Assembly (NCBI GenBank): GCA_963825055.1
Contig: CAWGSK010000012.1
Location: forward strand, 608,001 to 672,000
Length of the DNA stretch: 64,000 nt
Reading direction: 5' to 3'
DNA from: an uncultured Gemmatimonadales bacterium
Lineage (GTDB): Bacteria > Gemmatimonadota > Gemmatimonadetes > Gemmatimonadales > GWC2-71-9
The position numbers and the translations under genes are program-made. Shown here piece after piece: positions 45,349 through 54,592 of this stretch (its first letter is position 1; every line of letters starts with the position of its first letter). The notes below the pieces were generated by a model. The model was not told the origin of the DNA. It was given only the letters and a program-made list of their open reading frames with translations, and made no database searches.

Positions 45349-45465
45349 TTAGTGACTAGTGCTTTGAGGCTGGCCGCCCGTGCAGGATTGCGAGGGTCCC
45401 AGGCAGAATCACCTACTCCACACGACTCACCAGTCACTAGTCACCAGTCACCAGTCACCAGTCAC
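45331..45465. repeat. Element with inverted heptamer arms (GTGACTA)n ... (TCACCAG/TCACTAG)n around a ~60 nt core
   Basis: Arms 45331-45365 and 45427-45465 are reverse complements; lies between convergent stops. Confidence 0.9.
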
Positions 45466-46256
45466 TGCATCACCACCAGTTCCGCCCCGGTCAGCCGCTC
45501 CCCGATGAATCGCGAGCCCACCTGGCGGAAGCGCGGTTCGTCGTCGCTCACCACGAACCGGTGCGTCACTTGCGTGCCCCCCTCCGACAGCAGCCCGGCC
45601 TCACGCAACACCGACTCCGCGGTGGAGGCGGTTTCTTCCGCGCTGTCGATCAGTCGGACATCGTCCCCCAGCACCTGATGCAGCAGCGGCTTGAGCAGGG
45701 GATAGTGCGTGCAGCCCAGTACCAGCGTGTCGATGCCCTGGGACTGGAGCGGGTCGAGGTACTCCCGGGCCACGAGCGCGGTCGCAGGGTGGTCGAACCA
45801 CCCCTCCTCCACCAGCGGAACGAAGAGCGGGCACGCCCGCTGCTCCACCCGCGTGCCGGGGGCGAGGGCCTGGATGGCCCGGCGGTACGCATCGCTCGCG
45901 ATGGTGCCTGCCGTCCCGATGACGCCGATGCCACCGCCCCGGCTCGCCTGGACGGCCGCGCGCGACCCGGGCTCGATCACCCCGATGACCGGAACGGGCG
46001 AGCGGGCCTTCAGGTCATCCAGGGCGTGGGCGGTGCTCGTATTGCACGCCACCACCACCGCCTTCACCCCCTGGCCCAGCAGCCACTCGAGGATCTCGCG
46101 GCTGTAGCGCCGGACGGTCTCCGGCGACTTGGGGCCGTACGGCACCCGGGCGGTGTCCCCGAAATAGATGGTGCTCTCCCCGGGCAGCCGGTCGTAGATC
46201 GCGCGCGCGACGGTGAGGCCGCCGATGCCGGAATCGAAGATGCCGATGGGAGACAC
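45462..46256 (-). CDS. murI: Glutamate racemase
   Basis: IGIFDSGIGGLTV, DTARVPYG, VACNTS, LGCTHYP. Confidence 0.98.
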   Translation of the reverse strand: MSPIGIFDSGIGGLTVARAIYDRLPGESTIYFGDTARVPYGPKSPETVRRYSREILEWLLGQGVKAVVVACNTSTAHALDDLKARSPVPVIGVIEPGSRAAVQASRGGGIGVIGTAGTIASDAYRRAIQALAPGTRVEQRACPLFVPLVEEGWFDHPATALVAREYLDPLQSQGIDTLVLGCTHYPLLKPLLHQVLGDDVRLIDSAEETASTAESVLREAGLLSEGGTQVTHRFVVSDDEPRFRQVGSRFIGERLTGAELVVMQ

Positions 46257-46259
46257 GGC

Positions 46260-46793
46260 TCATCGGATCGCCGGGAGGGGAGCCTGCACCCCGATCCCGC
46301 CCGGGATGGTGCGGAGCTTGAGGTCCTCGGGGAAATCCCACAGGTGTGCCGACACGTACGCCTCGAGACCGGACATGAGATGATTGAACGCCAGCAGGAT
46401 GAGCCAGTCCTGCTGCTCCTTCTTCTTGGGGTCCACCCGCGCCGAACCGGTACGGCGCAGGTAGTCCAGCTCGTGCGTGGTCCGGAGCGTCATCGCGACC
46501 CCCACGCCCTCCACCGCGACGAAGATGGCCCCGGTCAGCTTCCGGTCCAGCCTGCTCTGGCCCCAGCCGGGCACCAGGAAGCTCCGCCACATGGCCCCCA
46601 TCGGGCTCAGGTGCCGGACCGCCAGCGTGTCCACCTGCGCCACCGGGCCCGCCACGCCCTGTACAGTATCGACGCGGACCAGGACGGAGTCCTGCGCCTG
46701 GAGGGGGGCGGACAAGGCGGTCAGGGCGGACAAGGCGGTCAGGGCGGACAAGACGGACAGACGGACAGGCGGACGGGCAGACGGGAATCTCAT
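46260..46793 (-). CDS. Hypothetical exported/membrane protein (DUF5683-like)
   Basis: SPMGAMWRSFLVPGWGQ, EAYVSAHL-DF; signal peptide encoded by a tandem repeat. Confidence 0.75.
   Translation of the reverse strand: MRFPSARPPVRLSVLSALTALSALTALSAPLQAQDSVLVRVDTVQGVAGPVAQVDTLAVRHLSPMGAMWRSFLVPGWGQSRLDRKLTGAIFVAVEGVGVAMTLRTTHELDYLRRTGSARVDPKKKEQQDWLILLAFNHLMSGLEAYVSAHLWDFPEDLKLRTIPGGIGVQAPLPAIR
46705..46783. repeat. 9-mer/8-mer repeat (CAAGGCGGT/CAGGGCGGA/CAGACGGA) inside a CDS 5' end
   Basis: Read directly; translates as ARPPVRLSVLSALTALSALTALSAP. Confidence 0.85.
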
Positions 46794-47683
46794 CCGACCG
46801 CCAGGACGGGAAGGGCCCGGGGAACGAGTTCCACCACGACCAGCCCGGCGTCATAGCGCCGCAGCTCGCCATCAAGGTGCGCGGTCAGCGGCTCCGGCGA
46901 GTCGATCTCCAGGCGGGTAGTCCGTTCCATGGTCACGTGGCGGAAGCGGGTGTGGCGCCCGAGCATGACGAACGGGAGCCGGAGGAGGAGGCCGGGGAGC
47001 CAGAGGGGGGCGACGCGGCAGAGGTCGAGGTAGCCATCATCGGGACGGGCATCCGGCGTAAGATAGAAGCCGCCGCCGGTGGACACACCATTGCCGGCTT
47101 CCAGAAGATAGACCGGGCCCGCAAATTCGCGGGAGTCGGTGCGGAGCCGCAGGTCGAGCGGGCGGTATGACGGCAGGGTGCGGAGCACGGCGACCAGATA
47201 GAGCAGCAAACCGGGGACCCGGTGGCTCCGGCGCACCCGGGCGGCGACCGCGGCATCGAAGCCGATCCCGAATGCATTGACGAAGTAGAGCCCCCCGACC
47301 CGCCCGACATCGAACCGGCGTTCCCGGGCCTGCGCAAGCCGGTCCAGCGCCTGGTCGGCGCGGAGGCCGGCCGTACCGACCAGCCGGGCGAAGTCGTTCC
47401 CGGTGCCCACCGGAACGACCCCGAGCGTCGGCGGAACGTCGCGCCCGGCGGTCAGGAGGCCGTTGGCCGCCTCGTGCACCGTGCCGTCGCCACCAACCAC
47501 GATGACCCGCGCACAGTCGCGCTGCGCAGCGCTCCGGGCCAGGTGCGTCGCGTGCCCTGGCGCCTCGGTCTCCTGGAGGGTCACATCGCGCCAGTGCCGG
47601 GCGGCGTGCCGTACCACGGCGCGGCCGGCAGCCCTCCCGCGGCCCCGCCCTGCCACCGGATTCACCAGTACAAGCGTCGACAT
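46790..47683 (-). CDS. Diacylglycerol/lipid kinase family protein (YegS/DgkB-like)
   Basis: VNPVAG, GGDGTVHE, PVGTGNDFA, GIGFDA, DDGYLD, HLDGE. Confidence 0.93.
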   Translation of the reverse strand: MSTLVLVNPVAGRGRGRAAGRAVVRHAARHWRDVTLQETEAPGHATHLARSAAQRDCARVIVVGGDGTVHEAANGLLTAGRDVPPTLGVVPVGTGNDFARLVGTAGLRADQALDRLAQARERRFDVGRVGGLYFVNAFGIGFDAAVAARVRRSHRVPGLLLYLVAVLRTLPSYRPLDLRLRTDSREFAGPVYLLEAGNGVSTGGGFYLTPDARPDDGYLDLCRVAPLWLPGLLLRLPFVMLGRHTRFRHVTMERTTRLEIDSPEPLTAHLDGELRRYDAGLVVVELVPRALPVLAVG

Positions 47684-47724
47684 CAGGCACGCCTCCCGGA
47701 ACGGAGCGCCCGCGGAATGACGCA

Positions 47725-47818
47725 CGGGAGCGTGTGGGAATCGAACCCACCGGAGGCTCCTGGGAGTCTCCGTCGCGGTTTTGAAGACCGGCCGGGCCAC
47801 CAGGCCCGATCCACCCCC
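47725..47818 (-). tRNA. selC: tRNA-Sec (TCA)
   Basis: 94 nt; extended acceptor stem, 6-bp D stem CGGGCC/GGCCCG with TGGT loop, anticodon loop CTTCAAA, long variable arm, T arm GTGGG-TTCGATT-CCCAC, G discriminator. Confidence 0.95.
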
Positions 47819-47822
47819 TTGG

Positions 47823-47967
47823 TAGTGACTAGTGACTAGTGACTAGTGACTGGTGATTAGTGATTAGTGCTTTAGTGCCGGGTTCTGCAGCGAGACAGGA
47901 ACCTCCCGCATGGAGCCCTCCCTCCAATCACTACTCACTACTCACTACTCACTAGTCACTAGTCACT
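47823..47967. repeat. Second element with inverted heptamer arms (GTGACTA)n ... (TCACTAC/TCACTAG)n
   Basis: 47839-47873 matches 45331-45365 at 34 of 35 nt. Confidence 0.92.
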
Positions 47968-47975
47968 CGTCCTGC

Positions 47976-48365
47976 TCACTGCTCACCCATCACCGCCACC
48001 AGATCAATCTCCACCCTCACTCCCTTCGGCAGCCCCGCCACCGCCACGGTGCTGCGCGCGGGCTTGTGGTCCCCGAAGGCCTCCGCGTAGATGGTGTTCA
48101 TGGCCGGGAAGTCGTTCATGTCGGCCAGGAAGACGGTCGCCTTGACGACGCGGGAAAGGTCGGTACCCGCAGCCGAGAGCACGGCCTCCAGGTTCCGGAA
48201 CACCTGGCGGGTCTGGTCTTCCACGGTGTCGGTGGAGACCACCCCGGTGGCGGGGTCGAGCGCAATCTGCCCCGCGGTGAACACCAGCCCGCCAGCGATG
48301 GTGGCCTGGCTGTAGGGCCCGATGGCCTGGGGCGCCCTGTCGGTTGCCACGATCCTGATGCTCAC
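47976..48365 (-). CDS. ridA: RidA/YjgF family enamine deaminase
   Basis: APQAIGPYSQA, AGQIALDP, VVKATVFLADMNDF, PARSTV, VEID; GTG 48365 overlaps fhs stop. Confidence 0.95.
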   Translation of the reverse strand: MSIRIVATDRAPQAIGPYSQATIAGGLVFTAGQIALDPATGVVSTDTVEDQTRQVFRNLEAVLSAAGTDLSRVVKATVFLADMNDFPAMNTIYAEAFGDHKPARSTVAVAGLPKGVRVEIDLVAVMGEQ

Positions 48366-50044
48366 TAGAACAGTCCCTCGATAGAGCCGTCGGAATTGAC
48401 CCGGATCGCCTCGGCGGACGGGGTCCGCGCGAGACCGGGCATGGTCATGATGTCGCCCGCGAGCGCCACGACGAACCCGGCCCCCGCGGAGGGCGTCACG
48501 TCGCGGATGGTGATGCGGAAGCCGGTCGGGCGGCCCAGCTTCGACGGATCGTCGCTGAAACTCATCTGCGTCTTGGCGATGCAGACCGCCGTCTCGCCCA
48601 GGCCCATCGACTCGCACTGCGCGATGGACCGGTTGGCCTCCTTCGTGTAGTCCACTCCGCCGGCGCCGTAGATCTCGCGCGCGACAGTCTCGATCTTCTC
48701 CTTGATGGGCGCCTTCGCATCATACAGCGGCGCGAAGCTCGCCGTGTCCTCCTCGAGCGCCGCCAGCACCTCCTGCGCTACCGCCTCGCCACCCTCGCCG
48801 CCCTTCGCCCAGACGTCGGAGAGGGCCGCCCGGACGCCCCAGCCCTTCGCGGCCTCAAGCACGGTGTCCAGTTCTTCCTGGCTGTCCGTGATGAAGCGGT
48901 TCAGCGCCACGATCACCGGCACGCCGAATTTCCGCACGTTGGCGACATGCGCCTCGAGGTTCACCATGCCCCGCTTCAGGGCCTCGACATCGGGTCTGGT
49001 GAGGTCCTCGAGCCTGACCCCGCCATTGTACTTGAGCGCCCTGATGGTCGCCACCACGACGGCCGCCTCCGGGTTGAGCCCGCCGGAACGGCACTTGATG
49101 TCAAAGAATTTCTCGGCGCCCAGGTCGGCGCCGAATCCGGCCTCGGTGAGCACGATGTCCGCGAGGCCGAGGGCGAGTTTCGTCGCCACGATGGAGTTGC
49201 AGCCGTGGGCGATGTTCCCGAACGGACCACCGTGCACCAGGGCCGGCCCGCCCTCGATGGTCTGCACGAGGTTGGGCAGGATGGCATCCTTGAGCAGCAG
49301 CGTCATCGCGCCGCTCGCCTTCAGGTCCCGCGCGGTGACCGGCCGCCTGTCCCGGGTGAGGCCGACGATGATCCGCCCCAGTCGCGCCTCGAGGTCCTCG
49401 ATGTCGGTCGCCAGGCAGAGGATCGCCATGACTTCGCTGCCCGGCACGATGACGAAGCGGTCTTCCCGCGCGATGCCGCCGTTCAGCCCGCCGAGTGCGA
49501 CGACGACGTGCCGCAGCGCACGGTCGTTCATGTCGATTGTGCGGGGCCACGCGATGCGGCGCGGGTCGAGGCCCAGCGCATTCCCATGGTGCATGTGGTT
49601 GTCCAGCATCGCCGAGAGCAGGTTGTGCGCCGACGCAATGGCGTGGAAATCACCGGTGAAGTGCAGGTTGATCTCGTCCATCGGGACGATCTGGGCGTAC
49701 CCGCCGCCGGCGGCTCCGCCCTTGATGCCGAATACCGGGCCGAGGGAGGGTTCACGGATCGCCAGCAGCGCATTCTTGCCGAGGCGGCGCATGGCCATCG
49801 CCACCCCGACGAGACAGGTGCTCTTTCCCTCCCCCGCAGGCGTGGGGTTGATCCCGGTCACCAGCACCAGCCGCCCGCGGGGCTTCTTGTGCGCGGCTAT
49901 GGCCTCCGGACTTATCTTCGCCTTGTAGCGCCCGTAGGGGAGGATGTCGTCGGGACCAAGCCCCAGCTCGGCGGCTACGTCGGCGATCGGCCGCAGCGTC
50001 GCGGCCTGGGCGATTTCGATGTCGGACGGAACTTTGGTGGGCAA
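48365..50044 (-). CDS. fhs: Formate--tetrahydrofolate ligase
   Basis: SDIEIAQ, PTPAGEGKST, GIKGGAAGGGY, HGGPFGNIAHG, TEAGFGADLGAEKF, IMTMPGL; TTG start. Confidence 0.98.
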   Translation of the reverse strand: MPTKVPSDIEIAQAATLRPIADVAAELGLGPDDILPYGRYKAKISPEAIAAHKKPRGRLVLVTGINPTPAGEGKSTCLVGVAMAMRRLGKNALLAIREPSLGPVFGIKGGAAGGGYAQIVPMDEINLHFTGDFHAIASAHNLLSAMLDNHMHHGNALGLDPRRIAWPRTIDMNDRALRHVVVALGGLNGGIAREDRFVIVPGSEVMAILCLATDIEDLEARLGRIIVGLTRDRRPVTARDLKASGAMTLLLKDAILPNLVQTIEGGPALVHGGPFGNIAHGCNSIVATKLALGLADIVLTEAGFGADLGAEKFFDIKCRSGGLNPEAAVVVATIRALKYNGGVRLEDLTRPDVEALKRGMVNLEAHVANVRKFGVPVIVALNRFITDSQEELDTVLEAAKGWGVRAALSDVWAKGGEGGEAVAQEVLAALEEDTASFAPLYDAKAPIKEKIETVAREIYGAGGVDYTKEANRSIAQCESMGLGETAVCIAKTQMSFSDDPSKLGRPTGFRITIRDVTPSAGAGFVVALAGDIMTMPGLARTPSAEAIRVNSDGSIEGLF

Positions 50045-50075
50045 GGTTGGGATCCTCGGTCAAAATGAGCAGTCG

Positions 50076-50215
50076 GCAAGTAGCAAGTAGCAAGGCAGCG
50101 AGTGGCGAGTGGCGAGTAGCGAGCAGCGAGCAATAAGTCGGGGTGGCTGTCAGTAGCCGGGCGATCGTCCACCACTTGCCACTTGCCACTTGCTACTCGC
50201 TTTTCGCTATTCGCT
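50076..50215. repeat. Third inverted-arm heptamer element, (GCGAGTA/GCAAGTA)n ... (CCACTTG/TACTCGC)n
   Basis: Arms 50076-50132 and 50172-50215; right arm overlaps the tatD stop. Confidence 0.85.
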
Positions 50216-50966
50216 CCCCGAACACCCGTCGGGCATTCTCCCCGGTAATCCTGACCATCTCCTCCGTCGAGAGGCCCCGGGCCCGGGCGAGGCAGGCGAC
50301 CACCTCCGTCACGAACGCCGGCTCGTTCCGCTTTCCGCGGTGCGGCACGGGGGCAAGATAGGGGGCATCGGTCTCGACCAGAAGGCGATCGAGCGGCGGC
50401 AGGGCCAGCGCCGCCTCGTCCTTCCAGCTTTTGAACGTGATCATCCCGCTGAAGCTCACGTAGTGCCCGAGCGTGAGTCCGGTCTCGAGCAGTGACGGCC
50501 CGGAACTGAAGGAATGCAGGATGGCGAGGGTTTCCGGGTGGGCCCGGAGGGCGGCCGAGACGTCGTCGTCGGCTTCCCGCGCGTGGATCACCGCCGGTTT
50601 GCGCGCCGCAGCGGCCATCTCGAGCTGCCGGTCGAACACGCGGCGCTGGACGTCGCGGGGGGAGTGGTCGTAGTGGTAGTCCAGGCCCATCTCGCCGGCG
50701 GCGACGATGCGCGGGTCGCCCAGCGTCTCCTCGAGCCAGTCTTCCGTCGCCTCGTCCCAGCCCGAGGCGTCGTGCGGGTGGATGCCGGCGGTGGCGGAGA
50801 CGCGCCGGTGACTCCCGGCGAGTTCCAGCGCGGTGGCGGCTGCCTCCCGCGACTCCCCGATAACGACAACGTGCCCGACCCCGGCCTCCAGGGCCCGGGC
50901 GAGCACGTCGTCCCGGTCAGCCGAGAACGCCCCGGCTGCCAGGTGGCAGTGGGAGTCGACCAGCAC
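50193..50966 (-). CDS. tatD: TatD family hydrolase
   Basis: DSHCHL, GIHPH, GEMGLDY, IHAREA, HSFS, ETDAPYLAP. Confidence 0.96.
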   Translation of the reverse strand: MLVDSHCHLAAGAFSADRDDVLARALEAGVGHVVVIGESREAAATALELAGSHRRVSATAGIHPHDASGWDEATEDWLEETLGDPRIVAAGEMGLDYHYDHSPRDVQRRVFDRQLEMAAAARKPAVIHAREADDDVSAALRAHPETLAILHSFSSGPSLLETGLTLGHYVSFSGMITFKSWKDEAALALPPLDRLLVETDAPYLAPVPHRGKRNEPAFVTEVVACLARARGLSTEEMVRITGENARRVFGERIAKSE

Positions 50967-51944
50967 TCAGGCGACCGGCTGTGCCTTGCGGCCTCCCTGC
51001 CGGGGCGTGGCCTTCCGCACCCCGTGCACGTCGGCGCCGGGCCACTTCTGCTCGATCCACATCAGCACCGGCGAGGCGATGAAGATGGACGAAAACGTGC
51101 CCGTGAAGACGCCGAAGAGCATGACCAGGGCGAACGGCCGGATCACCTCGCCGCCGAAAATGGTCAGCGCCGTCAGCGTGGCCAGGGTCGTGCCGTGGGT
51201 CAGCACGCTCCGCGGGAGCGTCTCGTTGATCGAACGGTTCAGGATGTCCACGAACGTCTCGCGCTTGAGCTTGTGGAGGTTTTCCCGGACCCGGTCGAAG
51301 ATGATGATCGTATCGTTCAGCGAGTACCCGACCATCGACAGCACCGCCGCCACCACGACCAGGCTCACCTCGAGGTGCATCACGCTGATGAACGCGATCG
51401 TGGCGATGATGTCGTGCGCGGTGGCCAGCACGGCCGCCAGGCCGAAGCGCCACTCGAACCGGTAGGCGAGGTAGGCCAGCACGGCGAAGAACGACAGGAA
51501 GATGGCCAGGAAGGCCTTCTGCTGGAGTTCCGCGCCGACCTTCGGACTCACCGCCTCTGCCCGGTCGATCGAGAACGTCACCGCGCTTCCCAGGGTGCCG
51601 GAGAGGGCTTCGGTCACCGCGCCCTTGGCGGCCTGGGTGTCATTCGGGTCGATCCCCGCGCGGGTGATCCGGGCGCGGATGGTGTATTCCCGGTCGCTGC
51701 CGAAGCGCTGGATTTCGGCGCCGTGGATGCCCGCCTGGTCCAGCCCGCTCCGCAGCGCCGACACGTCCACCGGCGCGCTGGTCTGGATCTGGACCAGGGT
51801 GCCGCCGGTGAACTCGATGCTGTAGTTGAGCCCGCCAATCACCAGGAAGATGAGGCCCGGCACCACCACGAGCACCGTGGCCCAGATCGCCTTCCAGCGG
51901 TAGGCGATGAAGTCGTATTTCGCGTGGGCGAAGAGTCTCAGCAT
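50967..51944 (-). CDS. secF: Protein translocase subunit SecF
   Basis: IEFTGGT, YRFE, HDII, GYSLNDTIIIFDRVRE, SSIFIASP. Confidence 0.98.
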   Translation of the reverse strand: MLRLFAHAKYDFIAYRWKAIWATVLVVVPGLIFLVIGGLNYSIEFTGGTLVQIQTSAPVDVSALRSGLDQAGIHGAEIQRFGSDREYTIRARITRAGIDPNDTQAAKGAVTEALSGTLGSAVTFSIDRAEAVSPKVGAELQQKAFLAIFLSFFAVLAYLAYRFEWRFGLAAVLATAHDIIATIAFISVMHLEVSLVVVAAVLSMVGYSLNDTIIIFDRVRENLHKLKRETFVDILNRSINETLPRSVLTHGTTLATLTALTIFGGEVIRPFALVMLFGVFTGTFSSIFIASPVLMWIEQKWPGADVHGVRKATPRQGGRKAQPVA

Positions 51945-51946
51945 GG

Positions 51947-53635
51947 TCAGATACTCAGCGTGGACATGGCCGGACGGCGGTCGAGCCAGATCATGAAGAA
52001 GGTCCGGGTCACGAAGATGGCCGTGATCATGGAGGCGATGATGCCCATGATGAGCGTCACCGCGAAGCCCTTGACCGGCCCGGTGCCGAACTGGAAGAGG
52101 AACAGCGCGGTGAGCACGGTGCTGACGTTGGAGTCGATGATGGCGCTCATCGCGTGGCGGAAGCCCTCATCCACGCTCAGGCGCACCGTCTTGCCCAGGA
52201 GGAGTTCCTCCCGGATCCGCTCGAAGATCAGCACGTTGGCGTCCACCGCGATGCCGATCGACAGCACCAGGCCCGCCAGCCCCGGCAGGGTGAGGGTCGC
52301 GTCGATCATCGCGAGGCCGCCCATGGCAAAGAGCACGTAGAGGGCCAGCGCCAGGATCGCCAGCAGGCCCGACAGGCGGTAATAGCCGGCCATGATCACG
52401 ATTACGAGCAGCATGCCCACGATGCCCGCCGTGAGGCCCGCCCGGATCGAGTCGGCGCCGAGGCTCGGCCCCACCTGCCGCTCGTCAACGATCTTGAGCG
52501 GGATCGGCAGCGCGCCGGCCTTGAGCGTGAGGGCCAGGTCCTGCGCCTCCTGGATCGGCCGGCTGCCGAGCGTGATCTGCCCGTTCCGGGTGATCTGGCT
52601 CTGGATGATCGGCGGCCGCCCCTGGACCCGGCCGTCCAGCAGGATGGCCATGTAGTCGCCGACGTGCGCCGCGGTCTCGCGGCCGAACTGCCGGCCGCCC
52701 GCCCGGTCGAGCTGGAACGTGACGACGGAGCCCTGCGTGGTCTGGTCCAGCGACGCCTGCGCGTCCACCAGCCGCTCACCGGTGATGATCGGCTTGTCCT
52801 CCAGCGCGTAGAGCAGACGGTAGGACTGCGTGCCCGCCACCTGTGACTGGCTCAGCCAGCGGAAGGTGATGCCGCGCGGGATGAGCCGCTGGATCTCCGG
52901 CAGGCTCAGGATGCTGTCCACCCTGGGCCAGGCGCCTTCCGGCACGACGAACTCGCCGGGAATGGGGGCGAAGCCGGCCTCGCTGCTCGGCCGCACCAGG
53001 CTCTCCAGCACGCCGCCCGTGGCAAGGGTCGTGGTGTCACCCGCCGCGGCCGAATCGCCGGGCGCCGCGGTGCTGTCAGTGCCGGCGCTGTCCGAGGCGG
53101 AATCGCCCTGGAGGAGCTGCTGGACGGCCGAGGGCGCGGACGGTGCCGCGCCGGGGCCCGCGGTAATCCCGAGCCGCCGCGCGACGCGGTCCATGGCGGG
53201 GAGGGCCCGCTCGAACTGGCCCGACTTGTCCGTGATCATGAACTCGAGGAAGGCAGCCCGCTGCACGATGCCCTTGGCGCGGTCCGGGTCGCTCTGGCCC
53301 GCGAGCTCGACGATGATCCGGTTGTCACCCACCTGCTGGATGAGCGGCTCGGTGACACCGAACTCGTCAATCCGCTTCCGGAGCACGGTGAGGGCGAGGC
53401 CCAGGTCGCGCTTCTTGTCGGTGCTGACGCGTTTCGACTCGTCGAGCTCGAGCGCCAGGTGCATGCCGCCCTGGAGGTCGAGGCCGAGCGACGGATGGTA
53501 GACGGTATCGGTCACCTCGACCGACCGGCCGTCAATCACCTGCGTCCGCTGCACGGTGCTCGGGATGAGCTGCCAGATGGAGATCGCGGCCAGCACCGCG
53601 ATCAGGATGAGTCGGGATCGGATGGAAGCAAACAT
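51947..53635 (-). CDS. secD: Protein translocase subunit SecD
   Basis: LGLDLQGG, RIDEFGV, GPSLG, LTLPGLAG, AVDANVLIFERIREE, GPVKGFAVTL. Confidence 0.98.
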   Translation of the reverse strand: MFASIRSRLILIAVLAAISIWQLIPSTVQRTQVIDGRSVEVTDTVYHPSLGLDLQGGMHLALELDESKRVSTDKKRDLGLALTVLRKRIDEFGVTEPLIQQVGDNRIIVELAGQSDPDRAKGIVQRAAFLEFMITDKSGQFERALPAMDRVARRLGITAGPGAAPSAPSAVQQLLQGDSASDSAGTDSTAAPGDSAAAGDTTTLATGGVLESLVRPSSEAGFAPIPGEFVVPEGAWPRVDSILSLPEIQRLIPRGITFRWLSQSQVAGTQSYRLLYALEDKPIITGERLVDAQASLDQTTQGSVVTFQLDRAGGRQFGRETAAHVGDYMAILLDGRVQGRPPIIQSQITRNGQITLGSRPIQEAQDLALTLKAGALPIPLKIVDERQVGPSLGADSIRAGLTAGIVGMLLVIVIMAGYYRLSGLLAILALALYVLFAMGGLAMIDATLTLPGLAGLVLSIGIAVDANVLIFERIREELLLGKTVRLSVDEGFRHAMSAIIDSNVSTVLTALFLFQFGTGPVKGFAVTLIMGIIASMITAIFVTRTFFMIWLDRRPAMSTLSI

Positions 53636-53665
53636 GTCGTGAAGCCTGGCCTTGCCTTCCTGGGG

Positions 53666-54592
53666 TTAGATCCGGCCGCTCGCGGCGAGCTGCCGCCGGG
53701 CGACCGCCTGGTCCTGCGCGAGCTGCTCCCGCAGCCCATCCACCGAATCGAACCGCCGCGTATCCCGGATGCGGTCGACCCATTCCAGCCGGACCCACGC
53801 GTCGTACAGGTCCGCGTCCACGTCGAACAGGTGCGCCTCGATGGTCCGGCCGCCGTCGGCGAACGTGGGCCGGGTGCCCTGGTTCAGCATGCCACCCGCG
53901 CGCCCGCCATGCCACTCCACCACCACGCTGTACACCCCGTCCGGCGGCAGGAGCTTGTCCGCCGGCACGTCACCAAGGTTGATGGTCGGGATCCCGATCG
54001 TGCGGCCCCGCCCCGCCCCGCGCACCACTCGTCCGCTGACCGAATACGGCCGGCCCAGCAACTGCCGCGCGGTGGCGAGGTCACCGCCCGTAACCGCCCG
54101 GCGGATCTGCGTACTGCTCACGGGGTGGCTGCCCACCTCCACCGGCCCGACCACGTCCACCCCGAAGCCGTCCTCGGCGCCGAGCTGGCGCAGCGTGTCC
54201 ACGTCCCCGCTCCGGCCGCGGCCGAACCCGTGATCGTACCCGATCACCAGCTCCCGCATGTCGAACCGCCCGCGCAGCACCTCGCGCACGAACCGGTCCG
54301 GCGTCATGGCCGCGAGCGCCCGGTCGAAGCGGAGGAACACGACGTGGTCGAGTTCCGTCTGCGCCAGGACCTCGCGCCGTTCCGCAGCCGTCGTGAGCAG
54401 CGGTGGCGCCGCCGCCGGATTCACCACCTCGAGCGGATGGGGCTCGAAGGTCACGAGGAGGCTCCGCCGCCCGGCCGCGCGGGCCCGCGAGGCGATCTCG
54501 TCCAGCACCACGCGGTGCCCCGGGTGGACCCCGTCGAAGGTGCCGACGGTGACCGTGGCCCCTTCCGGATGGGGGCCGAAGGCGCCGCTCAT
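53666..54592 (-). CDS. ribF: Bifunctional riboflavin kinase / FAD synthetase
   Basis: [51 protein letters not shown] 54592. Confidence 0.97.
   Translation of the reverse strand: MSGAFGPHPEGATVTVGTFDGVHPGHRVVLDEIASRARAAGRRSLLVTFEPHPLEVVNPAAAPPLLTTAAERREVLAQTELDHVVFLRFDRALAAMTPDRFVREVLRGRFDMRELVIGYDHGFGRGRSGDVDTLRQLGAEDGFGVDVVGPVEVGSHPVSSTQIRRAVTGGDLATARQLLGRPYSVSGRVVRGAGRGRTIGIPTINLGDVPADKLLPPDGVYSVVVEWHGGRAGGMLNQGTRPTFADGGRTIEAHLFDVDADLYDAWVRLEWVDRIRDTRRFDSVDGLREQLAQDQAVARRQLAASGRI

Noticed and set aside
46790..47800. N-terminal extension of the lipid kinase ORF
   Set aside because: Extension overlaps tRNA-Sec; real start is ATG 47683
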